NCBI GenBank assembly: GCA_946965045.2
Contig: OX337237.1
Span: 2,790,001-2,854,000, forward strand
DNA: 64,000 nt
From: Epithemia pelagica
Lineage: Eukaryota; Protista; Bacillariophyta
Direction: 5' to 3'
The notes beneath the pieces are model-generated. The model did not search any database. It was not told where the DNA came from and saw only the letters and a list, made by a program, of their open reading frames with translations. Each line of letters begins with the position of its first letter. Within the stretch, counting starts at the first letter, position 1. Below, piece by piece: positions 1 through 10,798 of the stretch. The position numbers and the translations under genes were made by a program.

Positions 1-31
1 GGCCTCCAAGCTCTCGTCCAAGGACATCAAC

Positions 32-3025
32 ATGAGCAACAAAGCTGTGATGGAACTGAGGATTCAGTCACACAACCAGCTACTGCAAAAAGTTTCTATG
101 ATTGGAACCAAGATTCGTGGCAAATATTTGCATTTATGTGGTCAGTCAATTCCTTTTTCCTCTATCTGCCACGATATATGGCAGGGACCAAAGACCGACA
201 TTCTTGGAATTGTTCTTGTATTCACAGACCCCCGCAATTGCCACCATTACAAAATTCCGATCGGTCTTCTTCAGACAAAGGGTCATACGGCATCACAAGT
301 TGCCCGTCACACAGAGGGTTTGCTAAACACAGTTGGCTTTACCAAGGATGATTTGTTGGCATCGGTAAACGACAACACCAACTCTGCGGTTCTTGCAGGG
401 AAATACATCATAGGTCAAGATCGGGCAGGCAAATGTGAAATGCACAAGGCTGAATTGATTATTAAGCACGCCACTGGTCTTGCCCGGCGCAAGAAAGGCG
501 GCAAAGTGACCGATGAGTTTCCAGAGTTTGTGGACGTCTACAAGAAGTTTCATAAGTTTGCTTCTTGGTTGATGTCAAGCAAGGCCCGGTCTCGTTTTGA
601 TGATTTTCGAAAGTACGCCCAAAGCATCAACATGGTCGTCATTGAGATCCCTCTTCCCAATCTTACAAGGGTGGGAGGATGTGTCATCCTTTTCCAAGCC
701 CTTTTGCGACTCAGATTTGTATTCGAATTGTATGTCAGACATGCATCATGTCCTGAAGATTTCAAGAAGCTGTATCCCAACAGTAACTACTGGAATGCCA
801 TGGCTCAATTTGAGGCAATTCTCCTGCCGCTGAAAACTTGCGCTATGAGTTTGCAGTCTGATGAACCATCTTCCAACTCTGCTTCACTGGTTGAGATTTA
901 CATGTCCAAGACATTCATCAAAAAAATGAGAGACAATGGCGTCCCAGCTCTTCGAGTGACTTCGCATGCCAACCAACCTGTGACAAAGCAGTGAGATGCC
1001 AGTAAAACCATGACACAGCTTGAAAAGAATCGCAAATTGATTGCCTTTGATAAGTGTTTGGTCAGTTCCAAGACACTCATCAATCGTCTATTGAAAGAAT
1101 ATGATCATTATATGCGAGATGGTCCTGACGTCGAGGCAGAAAATGCTATGCTTGCAAACCCCCTTTTGTATACCATTGGAACAAGCTTATTCCAAAAACT
1201 TGGAGTGTATTTGGCAGTGGATATTGCAAGACTGGGGCAGCAGTATGTCACAGATATGGTTTCAAGATTTTCCAAGAAGAAACAGCAGAGCTTCGATGGA
1301 CCATCTGCTCCATCTGGTTCGACTGCTGCCTCTACTAACGACACTGGAGATGCAGATGCAGATGACGATGAAGACTCAGATGCTGGGGAGATTGGCGATC
1401 TACTGGGTTCCACAAGTCTATTTGGCCAGGTGGAACGAGACAGAGAAATAGTACAACGTGCCCTCATTCAGAACAGTCGTGGGAACACTACTGGTAATAC
1501 AGAGAATGTGGCCACACAGAACAATAATGAAGCGGAAATCCAGACACAGCAGAACTTTTTCCGGCGATGTGAAGAAGAACTGGCAGGCTACAAACGGTAC
1601 TGTGAGAGAGAGGTGCACCCGAATTGGGAGGCAGTAATCAAGAAATTCCCTACGGACAAATACAAGATGGAGTCTGAAAAGTGGACCGAGCGAGAAAAAA
1701 GGTTGTTTTCCTTTCGATGTGGGCAGAAAGATTTCCCGACAGTAGGCAAATACTTTGATTGTCTCCAGTGGTGGCAGCTGAACAAGGGAACATTCCACCG
1801 CATGTTTCCAACAGCCATGCTCTGGTTGAGTAAACCCTCCACCAATGCGTTTGCTGAGAGGGTGTTTTCCATGGCTTCCTGGTTCGCATCGAACCGACGA
1901 ATGAATCGACAGGGTAGCAAGGTTTTTGAGATGAGAACCCTGGATTGCATCAACAGGAAAGTTTTGGAAAGCATTTGGGTTGCCGAACAAGAGTTGGTTG
2001 AACAAGAGATTGTAGAAGGCAAGACTGTTTTGACTGTATCGGATGAGCACGGTCGTGAATCAGTCAACAACCAGGATGTACTACTTCTCTCTGAGCAGTC
2101 TTGTCAAGGAGATGTGCGTAGATACCATCAGATGATCAATGGTCTCCGAGACCACATGGACTACAATGACAAAGCGTCCGAATCTTTGGTGGTGGAAGAT
2201 GATGATGGTCCCCAAAAATTCTCCTATATTGGGGACGATGGCAAGACATACGAAGCAGACTCCATCGACATAGTCAACATTACCAGAGATGATGTCCCTG
2301 AAGCAAGCAAAGGTGAAGTCGAAGGTAATGGTGAAGGTGAAGGTGAAGGTGAAGTTCCCACTGAAAACCAGGCACCTGCTACCCAAGCATTGACATCAAC
2401 AGTGACCGATCAACATCAAATGAATGAATCTGATGACGAAAGTGATGGGGACTTAGGGGATGCCGATCTGTTAGAATATTTGAAAGAACGAAAGGACGAA
2501 GTCGAACACGAGGGAGACATGACGGTTGTTTCCTTGTCTACTGTCCAAACTAAGGGGCAGGACACTGCCCGGTCCAGTGCTGGAGGGAAAACCTCTTTGG
2601 ATTCGTCATCGAAGAAGAGGGCTGCCTCAAAGACACCGTCGGTGTCCTCTGACAAGGGAGGAACTGCCAAGAAACAGAAACGATCCGTAGCGGGTAAGAA
2701 GCCATCTCCTGAAGAACGATTGAGGGCCAAAAAGAAGGATGGAAATAAAGATGGAAAGAAACGAGCAACTGTGACGAGTCTTCCCTTACGCCGCAATACA
2801 AGGACTCCATCGCCTAATAGGCAAGGGTCAAAAGGAAAAAAGGCGGTAAGACGTTCTCCACGCAAAAAGAAAAGGAAGCAGCAGTCAAAATCCCGTGAAC
2901 AAAAGGCAATAGTGTATGAAGTCGAGGACACTGAAGAGGAAGACAATGAAGAAGAGGAGGAGGAGGAGGAGGGCTCATACAGTGATGATGACGACGAGGA
3001 TGGCAACGATGAGACGGAAGATTAG
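32..3025 (+). pseudogene. hAT-superfamily transposase, interrupted by one in-frame TGA (992-994); frame stays open to the left window edge
   Basis: ORFs 32-994 and 1010-3025 are in the same frame (Q*DASKTM). Motifs: CHDIW (first D), VNDNTN (second D), CEMH (CxxH), and the C-terminal dimerisation domain LQWWQ...FP.AM.WLSKPSTNAFAERVFS (catalytic E). Long acidic/basic low-complexity tail. Confidence 0.85.
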
Positions 3026-3042
3026 GAACAAGTACTTAGTGA

Positions 3043-4290
3043 TTAGTAGTTTATTGATCGAACGATCTTGTTAAGATCTGTGACTGCAGGGTATTTCAAC
3101 ATAAAGTCTCCAACACATCGTCTCACCTGTTGTTTTGTACCCTTCGACCCAAGTAATTCTCCAAGTGAACCAAACAGCGGGTTTACTTCTTGCCATTGTT
3201 GTTTGGGGATCCAGTACTCGAGTAAATTAGAGCATTGTGATCCATCTTGGCAATATGGGGGAATCCATTTGAGATGTCTTGCCCATTTGAGGACGTGGAT
3301 GTCGCTTGGAATGCCATCGTTTCTCCGGAATGAATACGAAATCACCAAAGTTGCCGTCTTGTACCCAACACCAGGAAGAGTGATTAATTCTTCGATGGTA
3401 ATTGATGAGGGGAGTCGACCATTATGGCGGACGATGAAATAGTCAGCAGCATTGACTATTCGTTCTCCATTCACATAGTATTTGCCTGATTCCGACATGA
3501 GGCTACAGACAACATTCATGCCATAAGTGGTGGCAATGTCGATTGTAGATTGGGCGTTGATGAATCCCATTGAGAACAACCTTGGTACCAACAATGCTAA
3601 TTGCTTGTCGGAAGTACTGCTGCTCATAAGAATGACCATTAGGCACATAAAACCACTGTCAGCATCGAGTGAATCGGCATATTCATCGATCCATGGTTCC
3701 CATGTGTCCCGGGGTGCCAGTAGATTGTATGTGTTTGTGATACACTGGTGAAGAGAGAGGAGATCGTTCAAGCATCTCAACCTTTCCTCCTTGGGTGTTG
3801 GATGATTCCATTTTAGTGGGGGGTCTGGTCGACAATAGCCAATTGTCAATTTGGGCATTGTTCCTGGAAGATGTCGAATTGAATTGTTGTATTGATTGAT
3901 GCCAGTCCTTTTCAATAAAGACTGCTTGAACTTGTCAAGACGTGCTCGGGTAAGAGGACTCCCTTGAAAGACATTTCTCTTTCGGAATCCAAAGATAGGA
4001 TACGGAGCATGTTGTTGGGTTTTGGGTTCTAGATGATAATGGTTCTTTTCTGTAGGTGAAAGAGGTGGAGGACAATTGGATATAGGGGTTTCACTGGTAT
4101 TGGAAGGCGGACTGGGTGATGAGGTAGGTGGGAGGGTAGGACGATTAGATATGTGAATAGGACCTGGTGATGGAGTAGGCGACAGGGGAATGATGGGGCT
4201 GTCCGTGACATTGACACTGTAGTTCGGAGGAATGTTCTTTTTGAGTCGATGGAGAACGTCTTCTATAACAAGGTTGATGAGGAGAGACAC
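3043..4290 (-). CDS. Endonuclease III/Nth-like HhH-GPD DNA glycosylase/AP lyase with a Pro-rich N-terminal region; first in-frame ATG at 3858, true start uncertain
   Basis: LMVILMSSSTSDKQL; helix-hairpin-helix ELITLPGVGYKTA (catalytic Lys); GIPSDIHV (catalytic Asp); WQEVNPLFGSLG. No C-x6-C-x2-C-x5-C Fe-S motif at the C-terminus. Confidence 0.85.
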   Translation of the reverse strand: MSLLINLVIEDVLHRLKKNIPPNYSVNVTDSPIIPLSPTPSPGPIHISNRPTLPPTSSPSPPSNTSETPISNCPPPLSPTEKNHYHLEPKTQQHAPYPIFGFRKRNVFQGSPLTRARLDKFKQSLLKRTGINQYNNSIRHLPGTMPKLTIGYCRPDPPLKWNHPTPKEERLRCLNDLLSLHQCITNTYNLLAPRDTWEPWIDEYADSLDADSGFMCLMVILMSSSTSDKQLALLVPRLFSMGFINAQSTIDIATTYGMNVVCSLMSESGKYYVNGERIVNAADYFIVRHNGRLPSSITIEELITLPGVGYKTATLVISYSFRRNDGIPSDIHVLKWARHLKWIPPYCQDGSQCSNLLEYWIPKQQWQEVNPLFGSLGELLGSKGTKQQVRRCVGDFMLKYPAVTDLNKIVRSINY

Positions 4291-5040
4291 GTCAGGTGGG
4301 CAGCCATAGGTCTGTTGTGATGTGTTATGAAGCAGGAAAGGGGTGTCGAATCGTGATAACCAGGATAACAGTAATGACGAGATTCAACGGTCTTGGTTTT
4401 TTCTTGCACAGTTCTCCAAGTGACTCTGGATGAAATCAACAATCTTGAGATAGGTTTCATTGGGTTGAATGTAGAAGGAGGGTTGGCAGGTGATTTGAAG
4501 CAAAACAAGCTGTGTTGAATTGTTGATTGGTGGTGAGTTGTTGGAGGCATAAGGAATGTTGTCGTGACGTATTTGATTTTGTAATTCTTGAACAACGTGG
4601 TGAAGAAGGGAGGAAAACTTGGTATCAATAAACATTCGGAGGAAGGATAGATTCTTTGTTCCAAAAGATATGGAGCTTGGGATGAATTGGACATGAGGAA
4701 CAATGGTAGCATCGAAGCGGCAGAGCCAGCAAAGTACAGCCTTGGAGATACACCATCAACTTGATCCAGGACAAAAGAGACAAGAGATTGATTTGTTGCA
4801 AGTCGGTGTTCAATTCGACATGAACATTTGACTATGATGATCTGAGACATGCTGATTTGTGGCTCCCTTTGAGGACAAGTGTTCAGTGTTCAGTTCAGTG
4901 TCGGTATTACAGCAAACAAAGGGGGTTGGGTTTTGGTGGGGAGTGTGGAATAAGAAGTGGACATTGTTGACACTATATTGCATATTGGAGTAGAATGGCG
5001 TAGATTGTAGGTGAATGGAATTAGAAAGGATCGGGGTGTT

Positions 5041-5435
5041 GGGTGGAATTGAGTTGTGACACAGGTAATTCATGAATTGAATTCGGAATTTGGCAAATTC
5101 AATTTTCTCTGAATTCGTGGTAGGGGAGTGTGAATTCAATTCATTACAGAATGGGCGACGAATTCATATGGGAATTCAATTCATAGCTAGGTAATATATG
5201 AGTTTCGAATTGAAGTTAATTTGTGTGTGTCGATATACGAGTTTTGTTTCATAATTTAATTCGTGATAGTACAGTATATGAATTGTATTTCAAACTTAAT
5301 TCGTCTTATGTCAAAATACGAATTAATATTCTAATTTCATTCAGATATATATAGAAATGAGTTGGTTGAATTAAGCTAATTTCAGGAGATTTCGCTTGTG
5401 AATTATTTTCGGTAATTCAATTCAGATTTTAATAT
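5041..5435. repeat. AT-rich array of AATT/GAATTC(AATT) motifs, possible transposon subterminal repeats
   Basis: About 26 AATT occurrences counted by eye in ~390 bp, many as gaattc or gaattcaattc. Confidence 0.6.
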
Positions 5436-5458
5436 TTACAACTTCCAAACCGTGGTGG

Positions 5459-5753
5459 CTTCAAATGAGCTCGTCTCGGAGTTGCTTACATAAAAGAAGA
5501 CTCCAATCGCCACACACGCAGTCACCGAGATCAAAAGAAAGACAACGAGAATTCGGACAAGCCGGACGGCCATTGATTCATGCTGGGCAATACTATCTTG
5601 TGGGCTCGTTGCCTCTGCCACATCTTGCTCCTCCTTCGATCGAACAGATATGTCGACCCCCTCGCTCACATCGTCATCTTCGAAGAGAGACACATCGTTA
5701 TCTTCTGAAGGAGACATGCTCAGTCTTTTACCCATGGCCCAAATAGATGGCAA
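5459..5753 (-). pseudogene. 5' stub of a receptor-type cyclase-PDE gene (acidic N-terminus plus first TM), truncated
   Basis: SLFEDDD...VAIGVFFYVSNSETSSFE matches SLFEDDE...VAVGVYFYVSNTETSSFE of the intact gene at 35476. Similarity stops abruptly after TTTGAAG (~5459). Confidence 0.85.
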
Positions 5754-6155
5754 AGAAAATTATGACCTCAGACTCATGTTTTTGTGTCGTTCGAGATATC
5801 CCTCAGATTAGGTGTCCGCTTCTTAGCTAATGGAACTCTACTGTAAGTCATAACCCCCAAATCCTAAAAAAAATCGTTCCTAAACTTGAGCCCATAACCT
5901 GTTCGCTGAGAAATTAAGATCCGTTTAAGGCAAAATTTGTCCGGGGGTAGGCCTCGGCTTATGAACTTTCGACACAAACTTATTCTCAGCGCATGTATAT
6001 ATATATGTGCATACATGTATATGATATATCCCCCCCCCCATACAAGAAGGAAAAAGCTCCTCAACCCCTACCACCACGAGCATCTCGTCCTTTTCTCGGG
6101 CCTCTTCTTCGCTTTGTACCTCCACCCTTGACTTCTTCGCTTTGTACCTCCACCC

Positions 6156-7508
6156 TTGACAATGGCCGAGGATCTTGAAAAGAGGATGGAGAGAGCCTTT
6201 GCCGAAGTCGAGGCAGGTTTGGCCCAAAACCAGGACGACTCCACCTCAGAGGAGGAAGATGCCCCGACCCAGATGCCAACGCCAACACCACCTCAAGCAG
6301 TCACACAGGGACCTCCTGACTTATCCCAACAACTGAATTTGACAAAAACCAGCGTCCCTCCCACTCCTGCAGCAACAAGTGTCCCACCAGTGCGACGTGA
6401 GTCACCCCGACTCCGCATTAAGAGACTCCTACAAGAGCAAAACAACGACAAGAAGCCCAAAGCCAAGAAGGCAAAGAAGACTGCTCCAACATCAGCTCCT
6501 ACAGCCTCCGGAAAAAACACAGCAACATCGAACACAACAACCAAAGCGAAAAAAGGAAGCGTATCACAAGCAAAAAAGGGTAATGGAGGACCAGGTAGAT
6601 CGAGAGGGAGGAACTTCACTGAAGACGAGACCTGGTACCTCCTTGATCTTATTTCCGCCATAGAACCTGCAGGGCAATACGATTGGGATCGAGTAACGGA
6701 CGCCTACAACGAAAGGTTCAAGGCGTCCGACCGCCTCAGGGACAGGGAATCTCTCAAACGCCGTTTTGGTGCGCTACATGGGAGAAAGATTCCTACGGGA
6801 GATCCACATTGTCCCGACGAAGTGAAGGCGGCCAAACAGATCCTCATCGACATCCAAACACGATGTGATGTTGGCGAAAAGGCAAACAGACACGACATTG
6901 GCTTCGACTCGACCTCGTCGGAAGGAGAGAGTGTTGCAGATGGAGAAGCAGACTACGGAGAAGATGAAGAAGACGACCAAGAAGCAGACGATCAACAAGG
7001 AGAGAAGCAAGACAAGGAGGAAAATCTGGAGACCCCCAAAACAAGTGTCAAGCCGCATGGATCAAAGCCCCTTCGGTCGGATACGAAAAGTCGACGCAAG
7101 CGAACAATTGACTCCGACGACAAAACTGACGCTATCATGAAATTCATGATGGTGTCGCAGCAGAATCGTCAAGATGCAGAAGAGAAAGAAAGGAAGTTTC
7201 GCAGAGAGAAAGAAGACCGTGAGAAAGAAGAGCGACAGAAGCGTGACGACGAGCGACGTGAGAGAGACGAGCGTCGTGCGGAACAGTCAATGGCTATGCA
7301 ACAATCAATGCTGCAAATGATGATGCAGCAACAGCGTAACTTGCTCATGTTGCTTGCACCGAATGTAATGGGACAGGTCCAACCGCAACAGGTCCAACCG
7401 CAACAGAACACTACAACGCCTGCGGGTCAGCTCCAACCGCAACACACTCTAACACCTGAAGGCCAGAACATTGATCAGAATGATGACAAGGAAGGAAAAG
7501 AAATTTAG
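6156..7508 (+). CDS. Harbinger accessory Myb/SANT-like DNA-binding protein
   Basis: RGRNFTEDETWYLLDLI...DWDRV...Y...RDRESLKRRF...IPTGDPHCPDEVKAAK, followed by an acidic region and a charged coiled-coil/Q-rich tail. Lies inside the TIRs, convergent with the transposase. Confidence 0.75.
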   Translation: MTMAEDLEKRMERAFAEVEAGLAQNQDDSTSEEEDAPTQMPTPTPPQAVTQGPPDLSQQLNLTKTSVPPTPAATSVPPVRRESPRLRIKRLLQEQNNDKKPKAKKAKKTAPTSAPTASGKNTATSNTTTKAKKGSVSQAKKGNGGPGRSRGRNFTEDETWYLLDLISAIEPAGQYDWDRVTDAYNERFKASDRLRDRESLKRRFGALHGRKIPTGDPHCPDEVKAAKQILIDIQTRCDVGEKANRHDIGFDSTSSEGESVADGEADYGEDEEDDQEADDQQGEKQDKEENLETPKTSVKPHGSKPLRSDTKSRRKRTIDSDDKTDAIMKFMMVSQQNRQDAEEKERKFRREKEDREKEERQKRDDERRERDERRAEQSMAMQQSMLQMMMQQQRNLLMLLAPNVMGQVQPQQVQPQQNTTTPAGQLQPQHTLTPEGQNIDQNDDKEGKEI

Positions 7509-7533
7509 TAGATAAAATAACTGGTATAGTTGA

Positions 7534-8835
7534 CTACGAAAGAGATGAATGGTATCCCTGTTGTCCTGTAAGATACAAATGGGGGTAAAATGTCGTCCGA
7601 ATCTGGTTGAAGCCAACACACGAAGCCCTGTAGTTGTACAATAGGACAACGAGAGACAGGACAATCTTCCTTTCTCCCATCTCTTCATACTTAAGGCGAT
7701 CTTTCAGGCGAGGGAAGGAAGCTTGCAAGCCTCTCATCCCCCACTCGGACAGCTGTCGCACCGAAGTGGCCGCCTTGTACATCTCCCTTGTATTTCTCAC
7801 TCTACCCTATCGATCCACATTGTTTTGATACGACTTCAACAAGCTCGGCCGATTCTCCGATCCGAAGGCAGAGTCCACGACAATGCGCCCGCCACCACGT
7901 CGTCGTTCACTGTCGTGCACGGCATCTAATTTTTCGTAGATCTTCGAGAGGTGGGACAACGTAGAATCGTGCCAGGATCCAGGCGCGTTGATGTAACACG
8001 CCCGGATCCTTCCATCTGGTGAAAAAACAAAAAGGTTTGAAATATAGTGATCGCATTTCCATCCATTATAGAAGATGCTTTCAAGATCAGGGTTAGCTTC
8101 GATGAGGACTTTGAGTCCGTCCATCGCTTTCCACACATTCTTGAGCACAGGGTATTTCTCCCTGATAACCACCTTGAAGCTCGCTATTTCGCTTCGCGTT
8201 GGCAATCTCACCTCGGCGTCCGGATGGTTCTGGAGGACTTTGACCAGAAGACGACGCCCAAAGCGCAACCAAACAGAAACTGGGTTCGCAGTCATCCCAA
8301 AGATGACCTGCAAGGGGATCGTTGAACCACGAGTACGCGTCCAGGCGAGCACTAATCCTAGACATATCGTTGCGTCTATTTGCCGTTTCCGTCCTGTTCT
8401 ACCAGTTTGTCGAACGCGTCTCATGTGAAACTTTTTGTTCGCTTTCTGTGGATAGGGACTCCAACTGTTAAACAGTGGCGTGAACAGCTTTAGCAGACTC
8501 TTAAATGACTCATGATCAAAGCAACACAAAGCTATCAACGAGAGGTCATCACCACTATTGTAAAGTCTCATGAACGAAGAGTATTTTGGATGTTGGAGAG
8601 CAGCGCGACGAATCCCGCCCGAACGATTACGAACACGCTGTGCTTCCTCAAGACGAAGCTTCTTCTTCTTCTTCTCCTCCTCCAGGAGAAGAAGGATCAA
8701 TGCATCGTCGTCTTCATCCATGGTATTACAACAACAAATATTACTACAGGTTAGTCGAAAAGAGGATGACGATGAGGCCGAAAGGCGTGTCGAGGTGGAG
8801 GGAGTCTCGTGGGGGAAAATGGCGCGACATGCCAA
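7534..8835 (-). pseudogene. Harbinger DDE transposase (DDE_Tnp_4-like) with an in-frame TAG at 7807-7809; likely ATG at 8721
   Basis: AMDG, FYNGWK, PDGRI...APGSWHDS, VVDSAF; after the stop, TSVRQLSEWGMRGLQASFPRL continues in the same frame. Confidence 0.9.
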
Positions 8836-10798
8836 TGCATATATATGGTTATGTATATCCTATAACGTGCGTTGGGTTTTCCAAAGAATGACACTGGTTA
8901 GGTTTTATGACTTACAGTAGCAGTCATCGTCTTATACTAAAAATGTGTTTTCCGAACGTAAATGTAGGATTTATGCTTTTTTGAGTTTATGACTTACAGT
9001 AGAGACCCAATTTAATGCGACCGACCCTGTGGTCTGTCTGTGACCACGATGAATGCTCCACAGTCTGTCCTTCTCCTCATTAAAATTCACAAAAAGCAAA
9101 AACATCATCTTGAATGGCCGGCGTGAAAGTGACCGTTGATGGTTGGCGGGCGTCCTCCCATCAACACGATTGAAATTTAGGACGCTGGCGACAACTTGTC
9201 ATAAAATCGCGAGCACAAAATCTGGAGGGCAAAAAAACACTGATCACGTACCAATATGACCATGGTGCAGTCGTTGTCGACTGAGTGCGTCTTTCCTTTA
9301 GTTGCTGTGTGATGCTTTGTTTCTTCTGTAGGATTTGATAGGATCTTTGCCCATTTTCTCATTATTAGGCTTGTCACCCCATGGGTCGAGCTGTTTTGTA
9401 GGTTGGTGACGCTTTGCTTTCGTCGTAGCGATAACAAGAGACTGATTGTCACCACTTTATAGGCTACAGGCTACGATTTGCTCGTCTGGTCTATGCTCAT
9501 CGAGGATAATTCTTAGTGTTGGTTGTTTCTTCCTCCGGGTGAAGACGAGGACGAAGGAGTGGGATGAAAACACTCAACAGGAGAATCCGGACTCCACCAT
9601 ATCACACCATTAACATTGATCTTTACCCCTATGACTATGATACAGACTAGGAATTCTACGTAGACTAGTATCAAAGTAAAAGGGCTACAAATGAATCAAT
9701 CATCAAGACTAATAAGCAATGTCAGAGTGGTGAGATATGAGATGTCCCAAGGATTCCAGAAAATGGGGCTCCGAAGCAAACACAAGCAGGCAGCAGCGAG
9801 GGACACTGAGAACATTGTCCTGAGTCTACTAACAGCTCTGTCTTTTCTGACTTACATTACTTGCATGGAAGCGGACAAACCATGCAATTGCCATCGACAT
9901 GGGTGCCGTAGTCGAGGTTCGTTGTTTGTTTGTTGTTTGCCTTGTGAGTGAGAACGGAACTGTGAATTGTGCACTAGCAACCGTCAACCGTCATGCACGC
10001 TGGGCCGTTCGAACTGATTTGAATTGTGACAAAGCAATGCCGGCGTGTCCTTTCTGCTTTTTGATGGACAATGGGATGAGCAATGGAGAAAAAAATCCTG
10101 CTTTGCTGTCTGTGACAATGGGTATTTTGTTTCCGAGCAGACGAGCTAAGAAGCGGACACCTAATCTGAGGGTTACTCATATATGGGTATAATTATAATG
10201 GGTTTCATTAGGCCCAATAGAGAATCATTGGAATAATTCTAGACTGTGAAGAACGTCTTTTCCTCAGTGTACGTCAAAGTTAAAAGGGGACCAAGAGCAA
10301 GACCAAGATCACCTCCCTCTTCCCTACCGATAGATGTTGATATGAAATGACGCCGGGCTTGGCACAGGCCAGCGACAAACCTGTCACGGTAGGATGTCAC
10401 GGTTCAGCATCTTCACTCGGAAGTTGCTTCACCGGAAAACATCTGCACATTCCGATAACGACAGGATATCAGAGAACAGCAAATGACGAAAGAAAGGGAC
10501 CGCCCTATCCGAGCCCTGCCGAGAACTGGTATGAGTTGTTAATCGAAATTTTTCAACAATGATGGATTGTCCTCCAATGCATGGACTCCATCCAATGAGG
10601 CAAGGCTGGCGATTGGGTCAACACAGCCAAAGCCGAATCCGAATCCACAACGCACTGAGCTCACTCTTATCAGGTTCAGCGTTCGTTTGGCAAAGGTCTG
10701 ATCTCCTTTGGCAGCGTTCCACCACCTCTCAAGAGTAATTTGGGCTTTTACTGGTAAAGAACTACCAGCTTTTCTTTTTCTGGCCGGGGCCCCAGCTC

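Larger units (their letters stand above)
5841..8999. mobile_element. PIF/Harbinger-type DNA transposon with two convergent ORFs
   Basis: ctctactgtaagtcataa (5836-5853) is the exact reverse complement of ttatgacttacagtagag (8987-9004). Reading the ends as ctgtaag...cttacag leaves TA on both flanks. Encloses a Myb-like ORF and a DDE transposase. Confidence 0.9.

Noticed and set aside
6104-6160. ~29-bp tandem duplication upstream of the Myb-like ORF
   Set aside because: Simple slippage duplication within a TE.
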